This document shows, one piece after another, positions 41,087-52,088 of a stretch of DNA of 64,000 bases. The position numbers were made by a program, and so were the translations under genes. This DNA is from Alphaproteobacteria bacterium. GTDB lineage: Bacteria; Pseudomonadota; Alphaproteobacteria; Rs-D84. Each line of letters begins with the position of its first letter. Positions within the stretch are counted from its first letter, which is position 1. The stretch is taken from NCBI GenBank assembly GCA_031549365.1, contig JAVBPX010000001.1, forward strand, positions 96,001-160,000, read 5' to 3'. The notes beneath the pieces were generated by a model, which saw only the letters and a list, made by a program, of their open reading frames with translations, ran no database searches and was not told the DNA's origin.

Positions 41087-43102
41087 TTATTGACCAAACT
41101 GCTTATTTTGCTGACTGGATTGGGTGGTCTTTTTGTTCAATTCATCTTGGATCGATGATAATTTCATAGACATATTTGCAATACATGTATTGGCCTGGTT
41201 TGCATCTTTTATTTCACTCTCTGAACATCCACTGACGGCACCAACACCAGTTACCCTGTTTGTTGAATAACTGTTAATTGATGACGCTAATTTTGCCAAT
41301 TGTTTACGCGCCTTGTCCGACACAGTTTTACCAGAAATCAAACTCTTTGATTGCGACAATTGGTTGTTGAAACAATACATTCTGTCTGTATCAGTTGATT
41401 TGATTAAACAATCTTCGGATGAAACCGATCCCGATGCACCGGATGCGGACGCCGTTAAATCTTCGCCGGATTCAACCCTGGCAATTGCTTTTTGTAACTG
41501 CATTTGGAAACGCATGGTGGTTGATTCCAAATAATTATATTGGCGCTGCATTTCACGTGTTAATAATGTAACCTTGGACGCGATCAAACGATTTAATTCG
41601 GCCTTGGACGCTTCGTCCGTCACAAACTTCGTATCCAAATCTGCGGAATTATAAACTGCGGTTGAACATAATGCATAATACGGATTAACAGAACCTTTGA
41701 TCCAACCTTTGGTTGGATCGAGATCAGATTCCAAAATCCATTGAATTCCCGCTGTTGATATCTTTGCCAAATCCTTGTCCAATTCGATCTGTGTTGATTG
41801 ACATTTATTCTTCGCCTTTTCTATGTCTGTTTCATTTCCAGCCTTGGCTGTGACGGTTCCATCAACTGCTAAAACTTTGCGTAATTTTGAAATCGACACA
41901 CCCTGATCATTATCCATAATACCTTCGAAAAAGCCGGAATTCATTGCCGTATCCGATACACATTTAACAACCGTTTTACCAGTTTTATCGATGCTGGACA
42001 TAAATTTATCTTCTACTTCTTGGTTATCTGTGAACAAACGCAACAACTGATCGGGCTTACCATCTTCTGTTTGATACAATCCCCAAACTGAACATGAATT
42101 GGTCAACATACGATAAATATCATTAACATCAACACCCAATGCCTGGGCTGAAATCAATGCTTTGTAAACTTCGCGGCGCGCATTATCATACGGATCAAAA
42201 AATGCTTCGGCCTTTTGCTTGAAGGCAGCCACGCGTTTTGGCCCGGTACAATTGTCCCCGGTTGCGTTACAACCTGCGTATGTAAATGCATCCTGCATTG
42301 CTTTACGCACAGTTGCCAATGATGCATTAATATTATCCAATTTTGTTAACAATTCGCCGGACGGCGTTGCACGCGCCAATAAATCAGATTGCGATACGCT
42401 GGTTTGTTGTTGGGCGGCTTGAGCCGCCAATACTTCTTGGACCTGTGATGCGGCTTGTTGTTGAGCCATCTGAACTTGCTGATTCATTTGTTCCATTTGT
42501 TGCTGCATCATGGCCATTTGCTGATTTGTTTGGGCGGATATTGCTGCGGCTTCGGCCTGTTGTGCTTTGCCTGCGGAATCGGCAGCCAATGCGGCGGCAA
42601 CCGCACTTGAAATTGTTGGAAATTGTTTACAGCCAAACGCTATACGACCGGATAACGATGACATGCAACCATCGGCAATGCCTGTTGCAACCCCGGAATC
42701 CCCACAACCACCGGATTTACATTTTGGGGACGCACAACGCAAAACCATTCCATAACAATTATTATAATTTACGCCGTCCGCTTCCAAACAGCCCCGAACC
42801 ATATCGGTGCAACGTTGGGACCCAGCCTTGATAATACCGTTTGCAAATGAATTCATATCCAATGTTGCTGCACATTGATCAAAATATTGATCGCATTGGG
42901 ATGATGCCGTACGTCCACCGGATGTTCCCGATGTCCACATTGCATTGTTTGCCCCGCCAAAATTGCTGGACGCTGATGTTAAATTTCCACCGCCACCAAA
43001 AATCGCAGGCGCTGGTCCCGTTACCGGGTTCGCAGCATACAACAAAACCGGGCATAATAACATCCCACAAAAAACTGCCAATAAACCGGTTTTTTTAACC
43101 AT
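41087..43102 (-). CDS. large secreted Cys-rich protein with Gln/Ala coiled-coil
   Basis: Signal peptide, many Cys, QQMAMMQQQMEQMNQQ segment. Confidence 0.75.
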   Translation of the reverse strand: MVKKTGLLAVFCGMLLCPVLLYAANPVTGPAPAIFGGGGNLTSASSNFGGANNAMWTSGTSGGRTASSQCDQYFDQCAATLDMNSFANGIIKAGSQRCTDMVRGCLEADGVNYNNCYGMVLRCASPKCKSGGCGDSGVATGIADGCMSSLSGRIAFGCKQFPTISSAVAAALAADSAGKAQQAEAAAISAQTNQQMAMMQQQMEQMNQQVQMAQQQAASQVQEVLAAQAAQQQTSVSQSDLLARATPSGELLTKLDNINASLATVRKAMQDAFTYAGCNATGDNCTGPKRVAAFKQKAEAFFDPYDNARREVYKALISAQALGVDVNDIYRMLTNSCSVWGLYQTEDGKPDQLLRLFTDNQEVEDKFMSSIDKTGKTVVKCVSDTAMNSGFFEGIMDNDQGVSISKLRKVLAVDGTVTAKAGNETDIEKAKNKCQSTQIELDKDLAKISTAGIQWILESDLDPTKGWIKGSVNPYYALCSTAVYNSADLDTKFVTDEASKAELNRLIASKVTLLTREMQRQYNYLESTTMRFQMQLQKAIARVESGEDLTASASGASGSVSSEDCLIKSTDTDRMYCFNNQLSQSKSLISGKTVSDKARKQLAKLASSINSYSTNRVTGVGAVSGCSESEIKDANQANTCIANMSMKLSSIQDELNKKTTQSSQQNKQFGQ

Positions 43103-43192
43103 TCCCTGTCCCTTATCCTCTTATGCTTAATATTCTATCACATTTTTCATAAACCCCGCAACCAATATTTGTTATAAAAACATCAAGCCACA

Positions 43193-43234
43193 TGTTAATT
43201 TCAGAACAATTAAAAATTGTTTCCAAAATTAACA
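43193..43234. repeat. intergenic palindrome family A
   Basis: TGTTAATTTCAGAACAATTAAAAATTGTTTCCAAAATTAACA. Confidence 0.75.
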
Positions 43235-43466
43235 TCAACAACAAAAATTTATGAACAAATATGTAAAATTTCATCTGGCCGCTGCCAATCAATTCGCGAC
43301 CCAAATTGTCATCACTCGGCGGCTATGGGCCCGCGGCAATTTTTACGATTGAAAAACCATCCTGGAAAATCAAAGATTTTTTGCATAAAAAAATAAAACC
43401 CAGGGAAATATTAAATTTTCTCTGGGTTTTATTCGTATAACAACAATAAAATTATTATAAAATATT

Positions 43467-45200
43467 TTATATGTCGCTGTGCGGCATTTTAACAGAATGC
43501 TTCATTAATTCGACAAAGTCGGACAATGACATTGTTTCTTGTTTTTCCACACCCAAACGTCGAATGGTGACAGTTTGGTCGGCTTTTTCCTTTTCCCCAA
43601 CAATAACTGTGATTGGGGTTTTTGCCAACGCATGTTCACGAATCTTGTAATTAATTTTTTCATTACGCAAATCGGATTCTGCATAAATGCCGGCTTTTTT
43701 CAACAATTTAACAACATCGGACGCATAATCATTAAATATATTGATAATTGGACAAACGACAACTGGATTTGGCGACAACCACAATGGCAAATGCCCCGCA
43801 GTATTTTCCAACAATATGCCAAAAAACCGTTCGATTGATCCGAATAACGCACGATGCAACATAATTGGACGATGTTTGTCCCCATCTTCGCCAATGTATG
43901 AAATATCAAAACGTTCCGGCAAATTCATATCAACTTGGACCGTTCCACACTGCCAATCACGACCGATGGCATCACGCAGAACGAATTCCAATTTTGGCCC
44001 ATAAAATGCGCCTTCACCCTCGTTAATTTGATATTCAAAGCCGTGTTTGGTCAAAGCATTTTTCAAAGCATTTTCAGACAAATCCCAAACTTCGTCTGAA
44101 CCAATTCGATGAATACTGTCCGGCCTGGTTGATAATTTAATTAATACTTTTTCAAAACCAAAATCCTTGTAAATATCGATGATCAATTTCGTAGTATCAA
44201 TAATTTCAGATTCCATCTGATCCGGAGTACAAAAAATATGGGCATCATCCTGGGTAAATTCGCGAACACGCATCAAACCCATTAATGAACCAGATGCTTC
44301 GTAACGATGAACCTTGCCAAATTCAGCCATGCGAATTGGTAAATCGCGATACGATTTTAAACCCTGTTTGTATACCAACAATCCGCCCGGGCAATTCATT
44401 GGCTTGATACAAAACACACGACCGTCTTCGGTTTCGCCGGAATAATTATGCTCACCATATTTATCCCAATGGCCCGAAGTTTCCCACAAACAACGATCCA
44501 TAACGGCTGGCGTTGACACTTCGGAATAATCATTTTGTTCCTGACGCATACGCATATATTCAATCAAACGACGGTATACGCGATATCCCAAATTATGCCA
44601 AAACACAGAACCAGGCGCATAATCAGGTTCAAAATGAAACAAATCCATTTCGCGTCCCAATTTGCGATGATCGCGCTTGGCTGCTTCTTCCAACATTTTT
44701 AAATGCTGTTCCAATTCTGCATCGGTAGCAAAAGCATCAACATAAATTCGTTGTAACATTTTGTTTTTGGAATCACCCTTCCAATATGCGCCTGCAATTT
44801 TTTGTAATTTAAACGATTTTGGTAAATCTTTGGAACTTTCAACGTGTGGACCGCGACATAAATCAGTAAAATCACGAAATTTATAGATCGAAATTTCACC
44901 ATCATTTAAATCGTTAATCCATTCCAATTTGTATGGTTCGTTTTTGAAAATTTCCAATGCTTCCGGCTTGGATACAATGCTCTTTTCGAAACGACCGTTG
45001 GATTTAATTAAATCCCGCATTTCGCGTTCGATTGTTGGAAAATCATCCGGGGTAAATACGTGATCTGAATCAAAATCATAATAAAAACCGTTTTCGATGG
45101 ATGGACCGCCTGCGAATTTGACGCCTGGGTACAATTTTTGAATGGCCGCCGCCATAACATGAGCCAGAGAATGGCGAATAACTTCAATTGGATAAGACAT
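43467..45200 (-). CDS. thrS: threonine--tRNA ligase (no N-terminal TGS domain)
   Basis: RHSLAH, DLCRGPH, RDHRKLG, KPMNCP, RVREFTQDDAH, HRALFGS. Confidence 0.97.
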   Translation of the reverse strand: MSYPIEVIRHSLAHVMAAAIQKLYPGVKFAGGPSIENGFYYDFDSDHVFTPDDFPTIEREMRDLIKSNGRFEKSIVSKPEALEIFKNEPYKLEWINDLNDGEISIYKFRDFTDLCRGPHVESSKDLPKSFKLQKIAGAYWKGDSKNKMLQRIYVDAFATDAELEQHLKMLEEAAKRDHRKLGREMDLFHFEPDYAPGSVFWHNLGYRVYRRLIEYMRMRQEQNDYSEVSTPAVMDRCLWETSGHWDKYGEHNYSGETEDGRVFCIKPMNCPGGLLVYKQGLKSYRDLPIRMAEFGKVHRYEASGSLMGLMRVREFTQDDAHIFCTPDQMESEIIDTTKLIIDIYKDFGFEKVLIKLSTRPDSIHRIGSDEVWDLSENALKNALTKHGFEYQINEGEGAFYGPKLEFVLRDAIGRDWQCGTVQVDMNLPERFDISYIGEDGDKHRPIMLHRALFGSIERFFGILLENTAGHLPLWLSPNPVVVCPIINIFNDYASDVVKLLKKAGIYAESDLRNEKINYKIREHALAKTPITVIVGEKEKADQTVTIRRLGVEKQETMSLSDFVELMKHSVKMPHSDI

Positions 45201-45482
45201 AAAAACAACTCCTGTTTTTCTTTTTTAATTTGCTTGATTATTATAAGTATTGTGCGAAAAAATCGCAATAGAAATTATAACCCCAACGGGGTTGTAGTTG
45301 TTGTAACAAAAAAGTTAAATTTGAATAACATATATTTATTATATAAATAACAATTCCAAAAATCAAGAGCAAACGATAATATTACTCTTTTTTATGTCAT
45401 TACTCGGTACGGATACATAAAACGATTAATAATCGTTTTCTCAGTCCTCATCAGCAATAACAATCATTGTAATTAAAAAAAT

Positions 45483-45514
45483 CATCCGGGAAAATCAAAG
45501 ATTTTCTCCGGATG
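45483..45514. repeat. intergenic palindrome family B
   Basis: CATCCGGGAAAATCAAAGATTTTCTCCGGATG. Confidence 0.8.
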
Positions 45515-45541
45515 CAACATCAATAAATGATTGAATAAATA

Positions 45542-47545
45542 TTACTTTTTGAATCCCTGCAACCTCAAAAAGGCATCTTTGGATGGCCCCCGGCCCATAA
45601 ATGCACGGAATGATTCTGCCATTGGACGGGATCCACCAACGGATAAAATTTCATCCAAATAATCATAACTACGTTCTGGGCTTTCAATCAAAACACTGGC
45701 CACATCGGATGATAATACACGGGACCACAAATAAGAATAATATCCCATTGCGTATCCGCCGGCAAATATATGACTGAATGCAGTTGGGAAACGTGTCCAA
45801 TTTGGAGACGGAACAACACCGTATTTTTCTCGAACTCGAAACCATTCATCCATTATGTTTATATCACCAGTCTTTGATTCATAAATTTTCATATCAAATA
45901 TTCCGTATTCCAACTGGCGAACCCAAAATAATCCATTTTGAAAATGCTTGGCCGAAATTACCCGATCAACCAACGCTGCTGGGATTTTTTCATGCGTTTT
46001 GACATGTTCGCTCATCGCTATTAAAAAGTCGCGATTCCAAACAAATTCTTCCATCATTTGGCTCGGCAATTCAACGCCATCCCATTCGACGCTCGTCCCA
46101 GACACGTCTAACACATCAATCGTTGTCATAATTTCATGCATCGTGTGACCCATTTCATGAAACAGTGTTTCTATTTCACCAATTTTTAATGTTGCTGGAT
46201 TATCCGATGTTGGCGGGGTAAAATTTGCCACCAAATACGCCATCGGCAACTGAGTCTTTCCATCAAATACCCGGCGTTTTTGAAAACCGTTTTCCCAAGC
46301 ACCCGATCTTTTACCATCGCGCGCATATAAATCCACATAGATACCACCAATAACGTTCCCGTTTTTTACAACTTGGTAATATTTAACATCATCATGCCAA
46401 ACTGGAACTTTTTTTTGAGCAAACGTAATTCCGTACATTTGGTTCAGCTTTTGAAATAATGCGTCAACAACACGATTGGTTGGGAAATATTGCTCGACCT
46501 CGGTTTCTGAAAAATCATATTGGGATTTACGCATTTTTTCTGAAACATAATTTGCATCCCATGGATCAATTTTATCCATACCCATTTCAGTTCTTGCGTA
46601 TTTTTGCAAATCTTTCCATTCCGATATCGCAATTGGACGCGCAGATGTCATGACATCCATTAACATAGCATCAACCTCGGATACGGATTTTGCCATTTTT
46701 GTAACCAGCGCGACTTCGGCGTAATTTTTATACCCTAAAATATTTGCTTTTTCAGCCCTCAATTTCAAAATTTTCTGCATGTTATTGGTGTTATCAAACG
46801 CCTGATTGCCTTGGTCGCTCGCTCTTGTTTGATACGCACGATAAATTTTATATCGCAAATCTTGGCTGTTCGCATACTTTAAAATGGCCCCAACTTCTGG
46901 TGCGGATAATCCAATGCGCCACCCGTCAATGCTGGCCTTTTTGGCGTTATCTGCGAATATAGCGACCATATTATCAGGAATGCCTGACAACTCATTAATA
47001 TCTGATACATTCAATTTAAATTCATCCGTTGATTTTAAAATATTTTCTTCAAATTTTGATGTTAACACAGATAATTCGGAATTAATCGCGGCCAATTTTT
47101 CTTTTTTATCCTTTGGCAAATTAACACCTGATAATTCAAATGCTTGGATTGTCAAATCAATTGATCTGCGTTGCGCCGCCGAATATGTCTTGTATTCAGG
47201 TCCAAATTTTAATTGTTTAAATAATTCGTACAATTTTTCGTCCTGATTGATTTTCGTTGAAAAATCACTTAATTCAGGCAATAATTCCTGTTCAGTCGCC
47301 CTTAATTCCGACGTACTTTTAACAGATGTTATATGTTCAATTAAACCAAATGAACGGGAAACCCTGTCGGTTGCTGACATCAAAGGTTCCGCAACATTAT
47401 TCCAAGTCGGCACAATAACTTGCTTAATTAATACTATTTGTTCACGACCTTGTTTAATCGCCAATCTGACCGCGGGCCCCATGTTTTCGGGTGTCACATA
47501 TGAAAAATTTGGATTATATTTAAAATCAATTAATTCTTTTTGCAT
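45542..47545 (-). CDS. prlC: M3 family oligopeptidase A
   Basis: TLFHEMGH, VELPSQ, FSHIFAGGYAMGYYSY. Confidence 0.92.
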   Translation of the reverse strand: MQKELIDFKYNPNFSYVTPENMGPAVRLAIKQGREQIVLIKQVIVPTWNNVAEPLMSATDRVSRSFGLIEHITSVKSTSELRATEQELLPELSDFSTKINQDEKLYELFKQLKFGPEYKTYSAAQRRSIDLTIQAFELSGVNLPKDKKEKLAAINSELSVLTSKFEENILKSTDEFKLNVSDINELSGIPDNMVAIFADNAKKASIDGWRIGLSAPEVGAILKYANSQDLRYKIYRAYQTRASDQGNQAFDNTNNMQKILKLRAEKANILGYKNYAEVALVTKMAKSVSEVDAMLMDVMTSARPIAISEWKDLQKYARTEMGMDKIDPWDANYVSEKMRKSQYDFSETEVEQYFPTNRVVDALFQKLNQMYGITFAQKKVPVWHDDVKYYQVVKNGNVIGGIYVDLYARDGKRSGAWENGFQKRRVFDGKTQLPMAYLVANFTPPTSDNPATLKIGEIETLFHEMGHTMHEIMTTIDVLDVSGTSVEWDGVELPSQMMEEFVWNRDFLIAMSEHVKTHEKIPAALVDRVISAKHFQNGLFWVRQLEYGIFDMKIYESKTGDINIMDEWFRVREKYGVVPSPNWTRFPTAFSHIFAGGYAMGYYSYLWSRVLSSDVASVLIESPERSYDYLDEILSVGGSRPMAESFRAFMGRGPSKDAFLRLQGFKK

Positions 47546-47560
47546 ATTCCGCTCCGTCAG

Positions 47561-48274
47561 TCAATTTAATAAAATGCATCCGTATAAAACGGCAAAGAAA
47601 TGTAACACCGTTCCACCAATTACAAACAAATGCCAAATTGCGTGTGAAAATTTCAACCTGCGCCATAAATAAAATATAACACCAACGGTATATGAAATTC
47701 CGCCTAATAAAACAAAAATTAATCCGATTGTTGGGATTTTTGCAATCATTTGTGGCAATATAAATAACAACGCCCACCCCATTAACAAATATAATCCAAC
47801 CGTCCATTTTGGTTGTTTGTCTTTGTAATAAAACTTTAATATGGTCCCAAATATCGCAACAGCCCATAAAATACCGAATACAGTCCAACCGACGGGGCCA
47901 CGCAAATTCACTAATAAAAACGGGGTATATGTTCCAGCAATCAAAAAATAAATCGCAATGTTGTCCATCATTTCAAAACAGCGTTCACCCTTTTTCCCAG
48001 TGCGCCAATGGCAAAAAGTTGATGCAAAATACATAAATATTGCGGAACTTCCAAAAATAACTGTCGATACAATGGCCCATGGATCGCCCTTGATCCCAGC
48101 AAACACCGCCAACAATGTTACCGCCGCAATCCCTAAACCTATGCCTATGCCATGTATTACGATATTCATAAACTCTTCGGCTTTGGTATGGCCACATTCC
48201 CAACGACAATCACCGATTGTTTGTTTATTTTCTTTGATGATTTTTGATTTTATCTTTCTTATTACCTTTCCCAT
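47561..48274 (-). CDS. hemolysin III / PAQR family membrane protein
   Basis: EEFMNIVIHG, STFCH, IAGTYTPF, HAIWHLFV. Confidence 0.92.
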   Translation of the reverse strand: MGKVIRKIKSKIIKENKQTIGDCRWECGHTKAEEFMNIVIHGIGIGLGIAAVTLLAVFAGIKGDPWAIVSTVIFGSSAIFMYFASTFCHWRTGKKGERCFEMMDNIAIYFLIAGTYTPFLLVNLRGPVGWTVFGILWAVAIFGTILKFYYKDKQPKWTVGLYLLMGWALLFILPQMIAKIPTIGLIFVLLGGISYTVGVIFYLWRRLKFSHAIWHLFVIGGTVLHFFAVLYGCILLN

Positions 48275-48394
48275 ATTTTACTCCTCTGAATTGTTATTAC
48301 AGCCAATTTATTAGCACTGCAATCTTTGCAATATTATATTATTAATTTCAGGAAAATTGAAATTAATACTTAAACAACGTTTCATTAAATATGA

Positions 48395-50065
48395 CTATCC
48401 ATTGATGATGTTGTTTAACCTGTCAATTACCCGGCTTTTACCCATAACTTGCATAATTGAATACAAGTCTGGGGTCATTTTACGTCCCGTTATTGCAACA
48501 CGCAAAAAAGACGCGACATCTGATACCGTCCCAATGTACTTATCGGGGGCAGCATCGTATTCCTTTTGATTTTTGGCAAAACCAAACCTTTCACCCAAAT
48601 CGCGAACGCCGTTGAACCAATCTGATGCGTCCAGCGCATCATCATAATTATCACGAAACTCGGATAAAACAGATATAATAACTTCATGGTTCAACCCATT
48701 GAATTCAGATTCAAATTTTGATTTTGTTAATTTGAATAAATCGTCATAGAAATACGATACTTCATCTAAAGTCTGACGCCATGTAACAAAATCTTTTCTG
48801 ATTCTTTTCGGATTATCGCGTTCAATCGCCAACATATTTTTTAAATAATCCGGGGATTTGGCAATTCGTTCCGACCAATCAGCATCATATTTCATGGCAA
48901 ATTCGTAAACGCTTGCAAACAAATCGTTAATCGACAATGTCGCAATCCATTCACGCGAAATGCTCTCTAATTTTTTCATATCAAATAATGCGCCTGATGG
49001 ACTCATCTTTTTTAAATTGATTGGATATGACCACATGTTAATTGATGAATTTTTTAATTTCGCATCTTCGTACCCAGATGCTGCAATATTAAACAAATAT
49101 TCCAAAATTGCCTGAGGAGCAAAACCCTGCTCTAACATTAATGCAATTGATGCTTCGGGGTCGTGACGTTTTGAAATTTTACGGCGTGATTCGCCATCCA
49201 TTTTATCAATTGTCCCCAAATGAGCATAAACAGGCACATCCCAACCCATCATTTGAAATAACGACACGTGCAAAGGCATTGATGACAACCATTCTCCGCC
49301 ACGAACAACGTGCGTTGTGCGCATTAAATGATCATCAACCAAATGGGCAAAATGATATGTTGGCAAACCATCCGATTTTAAAATAACAATATCCGTGTCG
49401 TTTTGCGGAAATGCAATTGATCCGCGGAGAGCGTCCTTACAATAAATTTTTTCATCATAATTACCGGTTGAATATAATCTAAAAATTGGTTTTTTCCCGG
49501 CGTCCAAACGCGTGATAATTTCATCCTCGGCCAAATTACGATCACGGGCATATTCACCGTAAAAGCCGGGCCTCAACCCACTTTTCGTTTGAATGGATGT
49601 GATTTTTTCAATATCATCTTCGGCCATAAAACATGGGTATGCCAAACCGCGCTCCAATAAATCAGCAACATATGTTTTATAAATTTCAACGCGATGACTT
49701 TGGGTATATGGGCCATAATTACCGTGCTCGCCCCCACCCAGTTTTGGGCCCTCGTCAATCTTTAATCCGAATCTTGATTCAACCTCTAAAATAACATCTA
49801 TTGAACCTGCGACCGAACGTTTTGTGTCGGTATCTTCGATACGTATAAAAAATACACCATTTGATTGATGGGCCAAACGCTCGTTTATCATTAACATATT
49901 TAATGAGCCCAAATGCAAAAACCCGGTTGGGGATGGCGCGAAACGCGTAACCATTGCCCCGTCCAACAATTCTCGCTTTGGATACATTTCTTCCAATTGA
50001 TTTGGGGTATATTTAACATCCCCTAACAAACGTCCAATTAATGATTTTGATAGGCCTGATCTCAT
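48395..50065 (-). CDS. gltX: glutamate--tRNA ligase
   Basis: TRFAPSPTGFLHLG, RIEDTD, PTYHFAHLVDD, KISKR; start moved to MRSGL. Confidence 0.93.
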   Translation of the reverse strand: MRSGLSKSLIGRLLGDVKYTPNQLEEMYPKRELLDGAMVTRFAPSPTGFLHLGSLNMLMINERLAHQSNGVFFIRIEDTDTKRSVAGSIDVILEVESRFGLKIDEGPKLGGGEHGNYGPYTQSHRVEIYKTYVADLLERGLAYPCFMAEDDIEKITSIQTKSGLRPGFYGEYARDRNLAEDEIITRLDAGKKPIFRLYSTGNYDEKIYCKDALRGSIAFPQNDTDIVILKSDGLPTYHFAHLVDDHLMRTTHVVRGGEWLSSMPLHVSLFQMMGWDVPVYAHLGTIDKMDGESRRKISKRHDPEASIALMLEQGFAPQAILEYLFNIAASGYEDAKLKNSSINMWSYPINLKKMSPSGALFDMKKLESISREWIATLSINDLFASVYEFAMKYDADWSERIAKSPDYLKNMLAIERDNPKRIRKDFVTWRQTLDEVSYFYDDLFKLTKSKFESEFNGLNHEVIISVLSEFRDNYDDALDASDWFNGVRDLGERFGFAKNQKEYDAAPDKYIGTVSDVASFLRVAITGRKMTPDLYSIMQVMGKSRVIDRLNNIING

Positions 50066-50216
50066 ACTTAAATCCTTTTTATAACGGCTTATATTATAAT
50101 CCCCCTCCCCAATAATGCAAGAGGATTTAACCATCCTGTTAATTCAAGCCCTTGAAATATTTTTATTGAACTGTTATAATTCGCCCAATACCAAAGGTAT
50201 GCATTTGGGGAATAAC

Positions 50217-50882
50217 ATGGCAATAAAAAATATATTTTGGGATGTTGATGGGGTATTGGCGGATTTGAATTTCGCATACTTTAATTTTTTGAAAAACCAT
50301 CCAAAATACCGGGAAACATATAAAAATTTAAAGTGGGACGAGTTACCTAACGTTTTGCCAATCCAACCAAAATATGGGGCGTTGGAATTAAAAACACATC
50401 CAACGATGGGCGATGTTATGGATCATGATTTTTGTGCCGATTTAAACTTTTTCAATAACCGTCCATTGTATCCAGACGTTATCCAAACACTTAAAAAATT
50501 AAATGACTTGGGCTATCACCAATTTACGATGTCGGCCACTTTTGATGTTGAAACCAAGAAAAAATTGTTAAATACCCTGCTTGCCGATGTAACTGATTTT
50601 TTAACAATTGAATGTGTACAACATGGAAAATTCATGCACGACACGGCCAAGCAAGACATGTTGCGCGAATGCTTTGAAAAATATGGTCTGAAACCAGACG
50701 AAACAATATTGGTTGATGACCGGATTTATAACCTGGCCGCGGCTATTAATGTTGGGGCACATCCAATTCGCATGCGTTGCGAATTTACAACGGATGCCCC
50801 GGATGATTTGAAATGGGTTCCTGAAATACATAACGTTACTGAATTACATGATTATTTAATAAAAAATGGGGAAAAACTATGA
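50217..50882 (+). CDS. HAD-superfamily hydrolase
   Basis: WDVDGVL (DxD), MSA, K, LVDD motifs; translationally coupled to kdsB. Confidence 0.85.
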   Translation: MAIKNIFWDVDGVLADLNFAYFNFLKNHPKYRETYKNLKWDELPNVLPIQPKYGALELKTHPTMGDVMDHDFCADLNFFNNRPLYPDVIQTLKKLNDLGYHQFTMSATFDVETKKKLLNTLLADVTDFLTIECVQHGKFMHDTAKQDMLRECFEKYGLKPDETILVDDRIYNLAAAINVGAHPIRMRCEFTTDAPDDLKWVPEIHNVTELHDYLIKNGEKL

Positions 50883-51649
50883 AAACAGCCGTAATTATAC
50901 CAACACGTTTAAAATCAACACGATTACCAAACAAACCATTAATTGATATTAATGGCAAAACCATGATCCAACATGTTTATGAAAATGTTGCCGCTATTTA
51001 TGATCGTGATGATATTTATATCGCATCCGGGGACGCTGAAATAATTGATGTTGCGAATAAGTTCGGCGCAAAATGCTTGTTAACCGACCCAACTCTGCCA
51101 TCTGGTACGGATCGAATTGCTGCCGCATTAAAACAAATTGATCCGGACGGTTCCAAATACGATGTTATCGTTAATTTTCAGGGCGACGGCATAAACGTTG
51201 ACCCAAAATTGAATAATGAACTGGTTGCTATAATGCGCGAAACAAATGCAGACATTGTAACCGTTTGCCAAAAAATCACTGATGCTGATGAAATCCAAAA
51301 CCCAAATTTGGTTAAAATTGCGATGGGGTTAAGCAATAATGAAACCGTTGGCCGTTGTTTGTATTTTTCACGCGCCCCAATTCCATTTGACCGCGATTTG
51401 GACGGCACTCCCAAGCTTGCCTATTGGCACATAGGCATATATGTTTACAATGCAAAATCATTGCAGAGGTTTGTTGAATTACCTGTTGGGATATTGGAAA
51501 ATACCGAAAAATTGGAACAATTGCGCGCATTGGAAAATGGCATGACAATATACGCTAAATTGGTTGATGATGTCCGCTTGATTAAACAAGCACCTGCGGA
51601 TATCAACACCCCGCAAGAATATGCAGAAGCATTAAAGTGGATAAAATAA
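50879..51649 (+). CDS. kdsB: 3-deoxy-manno-octulosonate cytidylyltransferase
   Basis: STRLPNKPL, SGTDRI, NFQGD, YFSRAPIP, HIGIY, EKLEQLRALE. Confidence 0.95.
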   Translation: MKTAVIIPTRLKSTRLPNKPLIDINGKTMIQHVYENVAAIYDRDDIYIASGDAEIIDVANKFGAKCLLTDPTLPSGTDRIAAALKQIDPDGSKYDVIVNFQGDGINVDPKLNNELVAIMRETNADIVTVCQKITDADEIQNPNLVKIAMGLSNNETVGRCLYFSRAPIPFDRDLDGTPKLAYWHIGIYVYNAKSLQRFVELPVGILENTEKLEQLRALENGMTIYAKLVDDVRLIKQAPADINTPQEYAEALKWIK

Positions 51650-51666
51650 TCCGCCCTAATCTTTGT

Positions 51667-51708
51667 TGTTAATTCGGGGAAAATTAAAAATTTACTCCCG
51701 AATTAACA
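51667..51708. repeat. intergenic palindrome family A
   Basis: TGTTAATTCGGGGAAAATTAAAAATTTACTCCCGAATTAACA. Confidence 0.75.
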
Positions 51709-51781
51709 AAATAACATCCAAATAATTATATAATATTTATCCTTGCACTTTTGTAAAAATCAACTTAATATACCCCCATTC

Positions 51782-51873
51782 GGAGAGGTGGCAGAGCCCG
51801 GTTGAATGCGCTCGACTCGAAATCGAGTATACTGGCGACAGTATCGGGGGTTCGAATCCCCCCCTCTCCGCCA
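51782..51873 (+). tRNA. tRNA-Ser(CGA)
   Basis: GGAGAGG/CCTCTCC acceptor, CTCGA-CT-CGA-AA-TCGAG anticodon arm, long variable arm, TTCGAAT, G73-CCA. Confidence 0.96.
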
Positions 51874-51926
51874 GACAAGATATTGATTTTACTACAATTT
51901 TTTACAAAATCGATAACCCTTGAATT

Positions 51927-51951
51927 ATCCCCGGAATTCGGGGATTTTTTT
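51927..51951 (+). terminator. terminator after tRNA-Ser
   Basis: ATCCCCG-GAATT-CGGGGAT followed by a T run. Confidence 0.8.
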
Positions 51952-52088
51952 GATGCGATTTTAAGGTTATTGCAATGGTATGTGATTTAATATGTGAAAA
52001 TACGGCGATATTTTGATGTTTACATACAATGCCCGTTTTTGGCAGTGCACTGTTCATTGGTGCGAGGAAATTTTAAGGGAGTTTATTA

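Noticed and set aside
20264-51708. CRISPR array from the palindromic repeats
   Set aside because: Copies are dispersed, not regularly spaced with unique spacers, and there are no cas genes
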